64,000 nucleotides of DNA from Lactobacillus sp. (GCA_022651245.1 JALCQM010000009.1:5472-69471); one strand, 5' to 3'; shown: positions 1 through 9,505, counted from the first letter of the stretch. Numbers and translations are program-made. The notes: generated by a model not told the origin, from the letters alone.

Positions 1-403
1 GAATCCCGGCCTCAGTGAATTCGGGCTTAGGGGTGGGCGTGTAGCCTAGGGCTTTGTAGAAGCCCAGCGCTTGGACTTGCGCGCCTAAGCGTAGCTCGTT
101 TGCGCCGACTTCTTGGGCGAAGACGCGCATGGCGTCGAGAAGGGCCTTGCCGACGCCGCGGTGGCGGAAGGCTTTTTCGACCGCCACGCGTTGCACGTGG
201 TAGCCGTAAGACTCGGGTAGCAAGCGGCCGCAGCCAACGGCCAGGCCGGCTTCATAAGCCACAAAGTATGTGGCTTTAGCTTCGTCGGCATCGACTTCTA
301 AAGTGGGATCCACACCTTGTTCACTGACGAACACGTTACGGCGAATCGTTAACGCATCTGCATAGGTCGCTGAATCGAGGTGGGTCGTTGTTCTGATTTC
401 CAT
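1..403 (-). CDS. GNAT family N-acetyltransferase (C-terminus lies outside the window)
   Basis: Own translation of the minus strand from ATG at 401-403 gives MEIRTTTHLDSATYADALTIRRNVFVSEQGVD...GCGRLLPESYGYHVQRVAVEKAFRHRGVGKALLDAM... The acetyl-CoA motif (RHRGVGKAL) is typical of GNAT. The frame is open to the window edge, so it is absent from the ORF track. Confidence 0.75.
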   Translation of the reverse strand, partial: MEIRTTTHLDSATYADALTIRRNVFVSEQGVDPTLEVDADEAKATYFVAYEAGLAVGCGRLLPESYGYHVQRVAVEKAFRHRGVGKALLDAMRVFAQEVGANELRLGAQVQALGFYKALGYTPTPKPEFTEAGI

Positions 404-491
404 AATCTGTCACCGGTTTCTCATGAATTTGCCCTATTATACCATGGAATGGCACCGGGTCGGAAAAGCGGTGCCGGCGATGCGATAAAGA

Positions 492-520
492 TTGCAAATC
501 AGCGGGTAATGGATTAAATT
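492..520 (+). promoter_or_regulatory. Putative sigma-A promoter of the 552-1025 gene
   Basis: TTGCAA (492-497), 17-nt spacer, TAAATT (515-520). An alternative extended -10, TGT-TATGAT, lies at 520-528. GGAGG RBS at 541-545. Confidence 0.35.
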
Positions 521-551
521 GTTATGATAATAAACTTATGGGAGGCAAATT

Positions 552-1025
552 ATGACAGATGAAATTCAACCGCGTGGCTTCGAACCGGTCACGCAGTACT
601 TGAGCCACCACCGTAACGATTATCACGACATGGCTGTGGGTAATTTGATCGGGATCAGCAATGTGACGGGGGCAGATCTCGATACGGTGATCAACGAATT
701 CGAACGGCAACAAGCGCAATTAGCTAAGCTCGGTGAGTTTGATGTGACCACTTTCGATGCCTTTCGCCAAACCACAACCAGTGAACCGCAAGCGCAGGTG
801 GTGGCCGTTGATTTTGCGGGGCCCAAACGCGTCGTGAATTTTTTTAGCATGTTGACGCAAGCGCATGCACACTATGCGCCAGATGCGGTCGGGGTGACCG
901 TGTTCGAAGCCACCGGCGCCCAGTTAACGGTGAAGGTCAGCGCCGGTTCAGTGACCGTCGCTGCAGGTGCGTCTGCCGTCGCCGCTTATATTAGAAGCGT
1001 TGTGACGGCCGGCTATACCGCGTAA
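552..1025 (+). CDS. Hypothetical protein, 157 aa, no family recognised
   Basis: ORF track. GGAGG lies 6 nt upstream of the ATG. Divergent from the GNAT gene. The C-terminal half is rich in Ala, Val and Gly. Confidence 0.6.
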   Translation: MTDEIQPRGFEPVTQYLSHHRNDYHDMAVGNLIGISNVTGADLDTVINEFERQQAQLAKLGEFDVTTFDAFRQTTTSEPQAQVVAVDFAGPKRVVNFFSMLTQAHAHYAPDAVGVTVFEATGAQLTVKVSAGSVTVAAGASAVAAYIRSVVTAGYTA

Positions 1026-1059
1026 TGTGCTATACTTGAAACATTAATCACGAAAGGCT

Positions 1060-2385
1060 GTGTTGTGTATGGGTGACCCTGACGGTTCGATATGGGGCCA
1101 GCTCGTTTTAATTGTTGTTTTAACGGTGATCAACGCTTTTTTTGCTGCGGCGGAAATTGCGGTGGTGTCGTTAAACCCCAGTCGCTTAGCCACGCAGGCG
1201 GATAAAGGGGATAAGAAAGCCGCAAAGTTGGTGGCGATCCGGCAGAACTCGGCGAATTTTCTCGCCACGATCCAAGTGGGGATCACCTTCGCCGGCTTCT
1301 TCGCGTCAGCGACGGCGGCCACGACGTTGGCAGACCGCTTAGCACCGCTTTTTGGTCAGGCCACCTGGGCCCATGAAGTTGCGGTGTTGCTCGTAACAAT
1401 CGCGCTGTCGTACATTTCACTGGTGTTCGGGGAACTTTACCCCAAGCAACTGGCGTTGGCGAAAACGGAGCCGCTGGCCAAGTTTGCGGTGACGCCGATC
1501 AGCTGGCTGAGCGCGGTCATGCGTCCGTTCGTGTGGTTTTTGTCGCTGTCGACCAAGTTGTTGATGGCGCTCACCCCGTTAAAATTTGACCATCAAGATA
1601 ACCGGATGACCCGAGACGAAATGGTGGCGGTCTTGCAATCAGGGCGCCAATCGGGGGCGCTAGACCGTGACGAATACGATATGATGGCCGGGGTGATCGG
1701 GTTAGATACCAAGGTGGCCCGTGAGGTGATGGTGCCGCGGACTGATGCCTTCATGATCGATGCCGATCAGCCAGACGCGGAAGCGATCGATGCGATCTTG
1801 GATCAAGTGTACTCACGGATCCCGGTTTACCATGGCGATAAGGACCACGTGATCGGTATCGTACACATCAAGAACCTGTTGAAGCGCGCCCGGGCGGTGG
1901 GGTTTGCCCATGTGCGGTTAGAAGCCGTGATGACCAAGCCGCTTTTTGTCCCTGAAACGATTTCCGTCGATGACCTCTTGACGGAGATGCGGGTGCAGCA
2001 TCAACAAATGGCGATTTTGCTGGATGAATATGGCGGCGTCGTGGGGCTGGTGACGATCGAAGACCTGATCGAAGAAATCGTCGGCGATATCGACGACGAA
2101 AGTGATCGCGCCGCCATCCCGTACACCAAATTAGACGAACATACCTACTTAGTTTCTGGGCGGATGACGCTGTCTGACTTTAACGACGCCTTTCACACCG
2201 ATTTGGCCGCTGACGACGTTGATACGGTGGCCGGCTTTGTAATTTCGCAGTTAGGCGTGATCCCGACCAGCTACAAGCAAGAAGTCTTGACGCTACCGTC
2301 TGGGATGACGATGACGACAGGCAAAATGGAAGGTTCACGGCTGGTGAATGTGCACATCCAATTCCCGGTCGCGAAAAGTGAGTAG
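1060..2385 (+). CDS. Hemolysin-family / CNNM (DUF21)-CBS-CorC domain membrane protein
   Basis: 441 aa. N-terminal multi-TM DUF21 region, a CBS pair (REVMVPRTD..., AILLDEYGGVVGLVTIEDLIEEIVG) and a C-terminal CorC/HlyC-like domain. Confidence 0.88.
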   Translation: MLCMGDPDGSIWGQLVLIVVLTVINAFFAAAEIAVVSLNPSRLATQADKGDKKAAKLVAIRQNSANFLATIQVGITFAGFFASATAATTLADRLAPLFGQATWAHEVAVLLVTIALSYISLVFGELYPKQLALAKTEPLAKFAVTPISWLSAVMRPFVWFLSLSTKLLMALTPLKFDHQDNRMTRDEMVAVLQSGRQSGALDRDEYDMMAGVIGLDTKVAREVMVPRTDAFMIDADQPDAEAIDAILDQVYSRIPVYHGDKDHVIGIVHIKNLLKRARAVGFAHVRLEAVMTKPLFVPETISVDDLLTEMRVQHQQMAILLDEYGGVVGLVTIEDLIEEIVGDIDDESDRAAIPYTKLDEHTYLVSGRMTLSDFNDAFHTDLAADDVDTVAGFVISQLGVIPTSYKQEVLTLPSGMTMTTGKMEGSRLVNVHIQFPVAKSE

Positions 2386-2425
2386 ACGCCGGCCGGCTAG
2401 TTCTTTATAATAGTACATTGACCAA

Positions 2426-2455
2426 GTCTCGAAGCCCGGTCTTCGAGGCTTTTTA
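2426..2455 (+). terminator. Rho-independent terminator after the CNNM gene
   Basis: GTCTCGAAG / CTTCGAGGC stem (9 bp, one G-U), 6-nt loop, then TTTTT. Confidence 0.6.
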
Positions 2456-2494
2456 TATGAATTATTCAAGTCAACGTTTTTGAAAGGACACACC

Positions 2495-4072
2495 ATGAAA
2501 CCACAAGAATTGAAGGATGCGGTCGCCCAACGCCGCACATTTGCCATTATTTCTCACCCGGATGCCGGGAAAACGACGATCACGGAGCAACTGTTACTGT
2601 TCGGTGGCGTGATCCGCGAAGCTGGGACGGTCAAGGCGAAGAAGTCAGGGCATTTCGCCAAGTCTGACTGGATGGCGATCGAAAAGCAGCGCGGGATCTC
2701 CGTGACCAGCTCGGTGATGCAGTTTGATTACACTGGCAAGCGCATCAACATTTTAGATACTCCAGGGCACGAAGACTTCTCTGAAGATACGTACCGGACC
2801 TTGATGGCTGTCGATGCCGCGGTGATGGTGATCGATGCTGCCAAGGGGATCGAAGCCCAAACTAAGAAACTGTTCAAGGTCGTCAAGCAACGGGGGATCC
2901 CGATTTTCACGTTCATGAACAAGTTAGATCGCGACGGCCGCGAACCCTTGGACTTGATCGCCGAGTTGGAAGAGCTACTCGGCATCGAAGGCTACGCGAT
3001 GAACTGGCCGATGGGGATGGGCAAAGGCCTAGTGGGGCTGTATGACCGCGTCGACCAGCAAGTCGAGCTGTACCGGGAGAACGAAGCTGGGGACCGCTTC
3101 TTGCCGTTAGATGCTGAGGGTAAATTAGCGCCGAGCGAACCGCTAGTCAACGAATCGATCTACCGCGACACGTTGGATGATATCGAATTACTCAATGATG
3201 CCGGTAACCAGTACGACTTGAAGAAGATCATGGCTGGGGACCAAACTCCTGTGTTCTTCGGGAGTGCTTTGACTAATTTCGGGGTGGAGACGTTCTTGAA
3301 GCACTTCGTCGACATGGCGCCAGCCCCTGGGCCGCACAAACTCCAAGACGGTAGTGAGCTGAGCCCGACGGCCAATGATTTTTCCGGGTTCGTCTTCAAG
3401 ATCCAAGCCAACATGAATCCCCAGCACCGCGATCGGATCGCCTTTGTGCGTATCGGCGCCGGTGAATTTGACCGAGGCATGGACGTGACCCTTGCGCGGA
3501 CGGGCAAGACGCTCCGGTTGAACAATGCGACCGAATTTATGTCCGATTCACGTGAGGCGGTCCAAACTGCTGTCGCTGGGGATATTGTCGGCTTATACGA
3601 CACGGGAAACTTCCAGATCGGCGATACGATCTACGCTGGCAAGCAAAAACTTGAGTATGAGGCCTTACCGCAGTTCACGCCTGAATTGTTTATGCGGGTC
3701 ACGGCTAAGAACGTCATGAAGCAGAAGTCTTTCCACAAGGGAATGCAGCAGCTGGTGCAAGAAGGCGCCGTACAGCTGTATAAGACCTATACGACAGGCG
3801 ATTACATCTTAGGGGCTGTCGGGCAGTTGCAGTTTGAAGTGTTTAAGTTCCGGATGCTGAATGAATACAACTCTGAAGTGGTGATGAGCCCGATCGGCAG
3901 CCGCGTGGCGCGCTGGATCGATCCGGACCAGCTTGATGAGAAAATGTCGAGTTCGCGTAACTTATTAGTGAAAGACATCCATGACGAACCGCTGTTCTTG
4001 TTTGAAAACCAATACGCAGAGCGCTGGTTTGCGGATAAGTATCCTGATGTCCACTTGACGGCGAAGCTTTAA
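2495..4072 (+). CDS. prfC: Peptide chain release factor 3
   Basis: GTPase motifs [20 protein letters not shown] and NKLD. The ATG at 2495 follows AAAGGA. The ORF-track start at 2480 is a TTG five codons upstream. Confidence 0.93.
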   Translation: MKPQELKDAVAQRRTFAIISHPDAGKTTITEQLLLFGGVIREAGTVKAKKSGHFAKSDWMAIEKQRGISVTSSVMQFDYTGKRINILDTPGHEDFSEDTYRTLMAVDAAVMVIDAAKGIEAQTKKLFKVVKQRGIPIFTFMNKLDRDGREPLDLIAELEELLGIEGYAMNWPMGMGKGLVGLYDRVDQQVELYRENEAGDRFLPLDAEGKLAPSEPLVNESIYRDTLDDIELLNDAGNQYDLKKIMAGDQTPVFFGSALTNFGVETFLKHFVDMAPAPGPHKLQDGSELSPTANDFSGFVFKIQANMNPQHRDRIAFVRIGAGEFDRGMDVTLARTGKTLRLNNATEFMSDSREAVQTAVAGDIVGLYDTGNFQIGDTIYAGKQKLEYEALPQFTPELFMRVTAKNVMKQKSFHKGMQQLVQEGAVQLYKTYTTGDYILGAVGQLQFEVFKFRMLNEYNSEVVMSPIGSRVARWIDPDQLDEKMSSSRNLLVKDIHDEPLFLFENQYAERWFADKYPDVHLTAKL

Positions 4073-4087
4073 TTAGGAGGCACAACC

Positions 4088-4939
4088 TTGGGAATTTTTA
4101 ATTTTGGGAAGAATAATGAGGACCAACCGCAGCATCAAGATGGGGTTGATCCGGTTCATCAAGTGACGAATGACGACTTATTAGCCTTGTGGCGCACGGC
4201 GACGTTGGATCAAAGTGAGGCCAACATGAGCGCTTTTTTAGAGGAAATGGTCGAACGCGCTGACTTGATCACGATCGCGTTGAGTGATGACGCGTTGAAA
4301 TTAGACGAGCAGGGGCACATGCAACTCGATGAAGGGGCCGAGGTGCGCTTCCCACTTTTGACAGGGGCCGATGAGCAGACGTTCCAGCCATTTTTCACAG
4401 ATTGGCAGGCGGCGACAACGCTTTTGAACCAGTGGCAAGAAAGCGGCAACCAAGAGACGGTCGACCACAGTCGCGGGGTCGTCGTGAACTTCAACGAGTT
4501 GGTGCAGCTGATCGCGTCTAACGATGCGGTCCAAGGAATCGTGATCAACCCGTTCGAAGATAACATCACCTTAGAAAAAGATGCGGTGGTCGACTTGGCG
4601 AAGCAAGCCGAAGAACGCAATCAACAAGTCGAGCAACCCGTGCATATTGGTGATAGCCAAAAGGCGCCCGATGGTTTGCTTGAAGCGTTGGTCGATAAGT
4701 TTGCGGCCGACGGGCAGGTGAACCGCGCCTGGATGCGGACGTTGACGATGGGCGAGAATCAATCCTTGTTCTTGATCCTTGATTTACCGCAGCGCGACGA
4801 TCATGATCAGTTCTTCGATGAGTTGACGGTGATCGCCAATGAGTATTTGGCAGCCAGTGAGCTGGGGATGACGATCGCGCCGTACAGCGAGGAGCTCGCC
4901 ACCGCAGTTGAAGGCTCTGTGCCGTTTTACGCCCAGTAA
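4088..4939 (+). CDS. SseB-family-like acidic protein
   Basis: 283 aa. TTG start 7 nt after AGGAGG. FFTDW and GIVINPF signatures resemble the SseB N-terminal domain. Assignment is by recollection only. Confidence 0.55.
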   Translation: MGIFNFGKNNEDQPQHQDGVDPVHQVTNDDLLALWRTATLDQSEANMSAFLEEMVERADLITIALSDDALKLDEQGHMQLDEGAEVRFPLLTGADEQTFQPFFTDWQAATTLLNQWQESGNQETVDHSRGVVVNFNELVQLIASNDAVQGIVINPFEDNITLEKDAVVDLAKQAEERNQQVEQPVHIGDSQKAPDGLLEALVDKFAADGQVNRAWMRTLTMGENQSLFLILDLPQRDDHDQFFDELTVIANEYLAASELGMTIAPYSEELATAVEGSVPFYAQ

Positions 4940-4943
4940 GCTG

Positions 4944-4988
4944 CCCATCAAAACAGCCACCGCGATTTGCGGTGGCTGTTTTGATGGG
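4944..4988. terminator. Bidirectional terminator between convergent genes
   Basis: Perfect 20-bp inverted repeat CCCATCAAAACAGCCACCGC / GCGGTGGCTGTTTTGATGGG with a 5-nt loop. T-tracts follow the GC core on both strands. Confidence 0.75.
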
Positions 4989-4995
4989 CGCAGGT

Positions 4996-6069
4996 TTATG
5001 CGCGCGGTAAAACCGTAATGAAGGTTGCTAAGACATAATCGCCATCAGCGAGGCGGTACCACCGCGATTGATTGTTCAGTGTGGTCACGGCAACGATGTG
5101 GACTGGGGTGCCAGTGGCGAGCCGGTGTGGGCGCATTTCGGCATAAGGCGCTGACCAGCGGGTTGCATCGCCTAACGCGACGCCGTGCAATTCAATTTTT
5201 TGCGCGGTACTGGTGAACAGGCTGTGGGATAAGGCCAACGGAGTCGGATCCGGTAAGAACGGGTTGTGCGCCTGATTGCGGGTGCCGTCTGCGGTCAACC
5301 ACTGATTGCCACCAACATTTAGCCACACGGTATGGGTGTTGGGATCACGCATCACCGCGTAGACTTGCCAATAAGTTTGGCGCGGTAAGCGCGTCGGTAA
5401 CGGGGCGCTGCCTAACGGGACCGGGTAGACGAGTTTAGGTACCAGCAGTTCGACATAGGTGGCATCAGCCAAGGCACCGGTTTGTAGTGGCGTCAGTTGA
5501 TAGGTGAAGCGCAATCGTTGACTGGTCGGGGTAAACGTCCCGCTTTGTGTCGACTCGCCTTGCACCGCGTCTGCAAACCGTGATAAGGCGTGTGCGGTGT
5601 ACGGCTGGTTGATCACTCCGGTCAGAATTTCTGGCACTTGTAGCAAGCGTCCAGCCGTATCGCGGTGATAGATCACCACCGGCCCGGCGACGCGCGCCGA
5701 ATAACCGCAGACGATCACCTGGTTGCTTTTGGGGAACACTTGGACAAACCCTTTGATTTCAGTCAAAACAAAACCAGGGACCACCCGCCAGGCAATCGGC
5801 AACGGCTCCCCAGGATGACCATATAAGTGTGCCGGCGTCAAAAGGGCCTCGTGGCTGCTGGCGTCTTGGTAATAAACGATGACATGCACCCGGCTGTCGA
5901 CGGCGCCTGTTGCCGGGGGTAACGGCGGCGGGGTGGGGTCAGCGACCACTGGTGGTTCAGTCGTGGTTTTATGTAAGGTGCCAGTTTCAGCCGCGTGGCG
6001 CGGCTTTTTTGGCACCGGTTTGGCTGGCGTTGGGCGCAGCCAGGTTCTAATGCGAGAAAGAAGGCTCAT
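4996..6069 (-). CDS. Signal-less protein with Pro-rich N-terminus, two MucBP-like repeats and two SH3b/GW-like C-terminal repeats
   Basis: 357 aa. MucBP-like repeats: RVHVIVYYQDASSHEALL...VIVCGY and GPVVIYHRDTAGRLLQVPEILTG...RLRFTY. C-terminal repeats: ...TYWQVYAV..VWLNVGGNQWLTAD and ..VHIVAVTTLNNQSRWYRLADGDYVLATFI. No hydrophobic signal peptide and no LPXTG. Confidence 0.6.
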   Translation of the reverse strand: MSLLSRIRTWLRPTPAKPVPKKPRHAAETGTLHKTTTEPPVVADPTPPPLPPATGAVDSRVHVIVYYQDASSHEALLTPAHLYGHPGEPLPIAWRVVPGFVLTEIKGFVQVFPKSNQVIVCGYSARVAGPVVIYHRDTAGRLLQVPEILTGVINQPYTAHALSRFADAVQGESTQSGTFTPTSQRLRFTYQLTPLQTGALADATYVELLVPKLVYPVPLGSAPLPTRLPRQTYWQVYAVMRDPNTHTVWLNVGGNQWLTADGTRNQAHNPFLPDPTPLALSHSLFTSTAQKIELHGVALGDATRWSAPYAEMRPHRLATGTPVHIVAVTTLNNQSRWYRLADGDYVLATFITVLPRA

Positions 6070-6084
6070 ACGAACTCCAATCGG

Positions 6085-6381
6085 TCAAGATTCAGTGGCG
6101 GGTTGTGTGGCGTGTAAGGTGAGCTCCGCCAGTTTTGGCCCACGCACCACCCGCACCGAATCCAGGGTGACGCCGCAAAGCTTAGCCAATGCGAAAGTGA
6201 GTTCAGCGTTTTGGATATTGCGGGTCTCATTGGTAAACAATAGTTCATCGTGCGTCGCGGCGCGCGTATACACCACAGTCGTGCTACCCAAAGAATACAC
6301 CTTCAGGTACTGCGTGTCAGTGTTGGCCAACTGTTCTGCCACCAGCTGCGGATAGCTATTCGTAATATCGATCAACCGCAT
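6085..6381 (-). CDS. DUF1827-like small protein
   Basis: MRLIDITNSYPQLVAEQLANTDTQYLKVYSLGSTTVVYT... resembles the DUF1827 family of streptococci and lactobacilli (by recollection). The ATG at 6381 has AAGGGGGA 7 nt upstream. The ORF-track start at 6414 lacks an RBS. The stop is 15 nt before the next gene's ATG. Confidence 0.55.
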   Translation of the reverse strand: MRLIDITNSYPQLVAEQLANTDTQYLKVYSLGSTTVVYTRAATHDELLFTNETRNIQNAELTFALAKLCGVTLDSVRVVRGPKLAELTLHATQPATES

Positions 6382-6482
6382 ACGATCGTCCCCCTTTGTT
6401 TTTAATACTTTCATTATAGATGAAGCGGCTTCAAACTGCTAGCGCAGGCAGAATTCTGTGCCTAAAAGCACGGCTTGCTCAG

Positions 6483-6524
6483 TAAAAAAGGGAGGGTAAG
6501 CCGCTGATGGCTTGCCCTCCCTTT
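6483..6524 (-). terminator. clpE terminator
   Basis: Minus strand reads AAGGGAGGGCAAGCC-loop-GGCTTACCCTCCCTT followed by TTTTTT. Confidence 0.75.
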
Positions 6525-6530
6525 TGGGAA

Positions 6531-8729
6531 TTAGTCTGCTGCTTTTTCGGAAATCGCGATTTCGCCATTGGCGATACGTGCTTCCAAGGCAGTCGCTTTA
6601 GGGTGATCGAGGTAGAAGTCCGCGACGCGGTCTTCGATTTGCTCTTGGATGACGCGGCGCAGTGGCCGAGCGCCCATCGCAGGATTATACCCTAACTGAA
6701 CTAACTTTTCCTTGACCGGCTCTGTGACATGGATGTTGAGGCCTTGGTCATGGATATTCGCGTTGGTGTCAGCGATCATCAAGCCGACAATCTGCATCAA
6801 GTCTTCCTTGCTCAACGGCTTGAATTCAACGATATCGTCGAACCGGTTGAGAAATTCCGGTTTGAAGTAGTTGCCGAGTTGATCGAGAACCGAGTGCGTG
6901 GTGCCTTTCATGCTGGCACCGAAGCCGACGTTGGCTTCGGCATCGGTCGAACCCGCATTAGAGGTCATGATGATGATCGTGTCCTTGAAGGAAACGGTGC
7001 GACCTTGGCTATCGGTCAAACGGCCGTCGTCTAAGATCTGCAGGAACATGTTCATCACGTCTGGGTGGGCCTTTTCGACTTCGTCCAGTAAGATCAAACT
7101 GTACGGATTGCGGCGCACTTGTTCGGTCAATTGGCCGGCCTCTTCATAGCCGACGTAGCCAGGAGGCGACCCGATGAGCTTAGACACGCTGAATTTTTCC
7201 ATGTATTCTGACATGTCAAAGCGGATCATGGCCTCTTGAGAACCGAAGAGTTCCTTGGCGAGTTGCTTGGCTAATTCGGTCTTGCCGACGCCAGTAGGGC
7301 CAACGAACAGGAAGCTGCCGATCGGACGGCCAGTCTTGTTGAAGCCAATCCGGTTACGGCGGATCGCCCGGGCGATCTTGTCGACCGCCGAGTCTTGACC
7401 GATCACGTGTGCTTCCAAGTGTGCGGCAAGGTTCTTGAGCTGCTGTTGTTCTTGCTGCTTCAGCTCGCCGACTGGAATGTTGGTCTTTTGCTCAACGATC
7501 TTTTCCATATCCTTTTCCGTAACGGTCGGGATATCTTTATCGTCAATTTGTTCTTGATCTTTTTGCATCTTCTCAAGTTTGTTGACTTGGTCGCGATAGA
7601 AGGCGGCTTTTTCATAGTCTTCTTGCTTGAGGGCAGCTTGCTTTTGCTTTTCAGCTTCGCCTTTCTTGTCCTCTAAGGTCTTCGGATCGACGACGGTGAT
7701 GGTCAAGTTCTTCTTCGAACCGGATTCATCTAACAAGTCGATTGCCTTATCAGGCAGGAAACGGTCTTGGATGTAACGGTTAGACAAGTTAACCGCTGCG
7801 TTGATCGCGTCATCGGTGTACTTCACGTGATGGAAGTCTTCGTAGCGCTTTTGGATCCCTTTGAGGATCGCTACGGTTTCTTCCACGCTTGGTTCATCGA
7901 CGGTGACGGGCTGTAAGCGCCGGGCGAGGGCGGCATCTTTTTCGATCTGCCGATACTCGTTGTTGGTGGTTGCCCCGACCAGTTGCAGGTCACCACGGGC
8001 AAGGGCCGGTTTCAAAACGTTGCCGGCGTCCATGCCGCCTTCGGCGTTGCCGGCGCCGACGATTTCGTGGATTTCGTCAATAAATAGGATAATATTGTCA
8101 TTTTGTTTGAGTTCATCGAGTAATTGTTGCATCCGTTGCTCGAATTGACCACGGATCCCCGTGCCTTGAACCAAGGACACGACGTCGAGTTGGACCACTT
8201 GGCGTTCTTGGAGCTTGACTGGGACGTCGCCGCTAGCAATCTTCAAGGCTAAGCCTTCGACTACCGCGGTTTTGCCGACCCCAGCTTCCCCGATCAAAAC
8301 CGGGTTGTTTTTGGTCCGGCGGTTGAGGATCTCGATGACCCGCGCGATTTCAGCATCACGGCCGATCACGGGGTCGATCTCGCCGTTTTTGGCTTTGGCC
8401 GTCAGGTTGACGCCAAATTGATCGAGAACGCCACCTTGGCCATTGCGCCGGTTGCCACCACCGCCGCCACGCCCAGATTGGGTTGGCGGGGTCTGTGGTC
8501 GCTGCTGCTGCGCGTCGGGTTGCATCCCTTGGCTCATCGCTTTGAAGATGTCGTCAAGGCTGTTGAACCCGAACGGATCGTTTGCGTTTGTTGGTTGCAT
8601 ACTGCCTCCTGCTTGTTGTTTTAACTGTTGATAACAATTCTGACACAGGTTGATCTCTTGCTTGCTACCATTGACACTGGTATATAAGTGGATCGTGGCC
8701 GGATTTTGATGACAGTTTTCACACAGCAT
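6531..8729 (-). CDS. clpE: ATP-dependent Clp protease ATP-binding subunit ClpE
   Basis: N-terminal zinc ribbon MLCENCHQ...NLCQNCYQ. Two AAA+ modules ([18 protein letters not shown]). Start set at the internal ATG (codon 22 of the ORF-track frame) because the TTG extension to 8792 overlies the CtsR operator. Confidence 0.92.
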   Translation of the reverse strand: MLCENCHQNPATIHLYTSVNGSKQEINLCQNCYQQLKQQAGGSMQPTNANDPFGFNSLDDIFKAMSQGMQPDAQQQRPQTPPTQSGRGGGGGNRRNGQGGVLDQFGVNLTAKAKNGEIDPVIGRDAEIARVIEILNRRTKNNPVLIGEAGVGKTAVVEGLALKIASGDVPVKLQERQVVQLDVVSLVQGTGIRGQFEQRMQQLLDELKQNDNIILFIDEIHEIVGAGNAEGGMDAGNVLKPALARGDLQLVGATTNNEYRQIEKDAALARRLQPVTVDEPSVEETVAILKGIQKRYEDFHHVKYTDDAINAAVNLSNRYIQDRFLPDKAIDLLDESGSKKNLTITVVDPKTLEDKKGEAEKQKQAALKQEDYEKAAFYRDQVNKLEKMQKDQEQIDDKDIPTVTEKDMEKIVEQKTNIPVGELKQQEQQQLKNLAAHLEAHVIGQDSAVDKIARAIRRNRIGFNKTGRPIGSFLFVGPTGVGKTELAKQLAKELFGSQEAMIRFDMSEYMEKFSVSKLIGSPPGYVGYEEAGQLTEQVRRNPYSLILLDEVEKAHPDVMNMFLQILDDGRLTDSQGRTVSFKDTIIIMTSNAGSTDAEANVGFGASMKGTTHSVLDQLGNYFKPEFLNRFDDIVEFKPLSKEDLMQIVGLMIADTNANIHDQGLNIHVTEPVKEKLVQLGYNPAMGARPLRRVIQEQIEDRVADFYLDHPKATALEARIANGEIAISEKAAD

Positions 8730-8773
8730 GTTGTCACTACCTTTCGATGCGCGGCGAAAATGCCACGTTTGGA

Positions 8774-8790
8774 TTTGACCTTCACTGACC
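8774..8790 (-). promoter_or_regulatory. CtsR operator (heptad direct repeat)
   Basis: Minus strand reads GGTCAGT-GAA-GGTCAAA, against the CtsR consensus A/GGTCAAA-NAN-A/GGTCAAA. It lies immediately downstream of the predicted -10 of clpE. Confidence 0.65.
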
Positions 8791-8797
8791 AAAGCTC

Positions 8798-8825
8798 AGT
8801 ATACACGGCTATTTTAAAAATGCAA
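8798..8825 (-). promoter_or_regulatory. Putative clpE promoter
   Basis: Minus strand: TTGCAT (8825-8820), about 16-nt spacer, TATACT (8803-8798). Confidence 0.5.
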
Positions 8826-8887
8826 GCACTCTCTACGTGAGAGTGCTAAAAAAGTGTGTTCACCCCTTGCTATTATGCGTTTTGGTG

Positions 8888-8916
8888 TTGCTGTCAGTCG
8901 TGCTTAATGCTATGGT
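8888..8916 (+). promoter_or_regulatory. Putative promoter of the small ORF upstream of ptsH
   Basis: TTGCTG, 17-nt spacer, TATGGT with a TGC extended -10. Confidence 0.35.
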
Positions 8917-8927
8917 AAACCTGTAGT

Positions 8928-9137
8928 ATGGAAGGGGGCAAGCAATTGACACCGGACTACACCAAGCTGATGGATCAGCTGCGTGCAGGGGAGATCGATC
9001 AAATCGTGATCACGCCTGACACGTTCAATGCATTTCGGGCGGCCTGGACCAATTATCCTAGCCGCGAAGAAATCGTTGGCACCGCCAAGCGCAATGGGGC
9101 CATCGAATACCATTACCAATCGGTAGAAGGCAATTAA
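8928..9137 (+). CDS. Small hypothetical protein (63-69 aa)
   Basis: ORF track. The ATG at 8928 has no RBS. An in-frame TTG at 8946 lies 7 nt after GAAGGGGG and is the more likely start. No family recognised. Confidence 0.5.
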   Translation: MEGGKQLTPDYTKLMDQLRAGEIDQIVITPDTFNAFRAAWTNYPSREEIVGTAKRNGAIEYHYQSVEGN

Positions 9138-9238
9138 AACTTGTCCTGAAAACGGAATAATGGTAAGGTTTACAGGAAGTAGAATGTGTCCATTCTATTT
9201 GCAAAATAGATTTTAAATGACGAAGGAGCAGATTACTC

Positions 9239-9505
9239 ATGGAAAAACGCGAATTTAATGTTATTGCAGAAACTGGTATCCACGCCCGCCCGGCGACCCT
9301 TTTGGTCCAGGCTGCAAGCAAGTTCAATGCCGACATTAACTTGGAATACAAAGGCAAGAGCGTTAACTTGAAGTCCATCATGGGCGTTATGTCCTTGGGT
9401 GTTGGCCAAGGTGCTGACGTAACAATTTCCGCAGAAGGCGCTGACGAAAAAGACGCGATTGCTGCTATCGAAGACACCATGAAGAAGGAAGGCCTCTCTG
9501 ACTAA
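9239..9505 (+). CDS. ptsH: Phosphocarrier protein HPr
   Basis: 88 aa. His15 motif GIHARPAT and Ser46 motif [19 protein letters not shown]. Confidence 0.96.
   Translation: MEKREFNVIAETGIHARPATLLVQAASKFNADINLEYKGKSVNLKSIMGVMSLGVGQGADVTISAEGADEKDAIAAIEDTMKKEGLSD

Noticed and set aside
8701-8761. Apparent one-base inconsistency between my manual base count and the ORF-track frame in the clpE 5' region
   Set aside because: My hand indexing put the MLCENC ATG at 8728-8730, but frame arithmetic from the ORF track gives 8727-8729. I attribute this to a reading slip on my side, not a frameshift, because two independent ORF-track translations are continuous across the region.
8825-8847. Hairpin considered as a transcription terminator
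   Set aside because: No gene ends in this divergent intergenic region, and the flanking A/T runs are on the wrong sides. It is kept as a possible operator in the findings instead.
9148-9161. cre-like site TGAAAACGGAATAA upstream of ptsH
   Set aside because: It matches about 12 of 14 positions of TGWAANCGNTNWCA but misses two conserved positions in the right half-site. It is too weak to call as a CcpA site from sequence alone.
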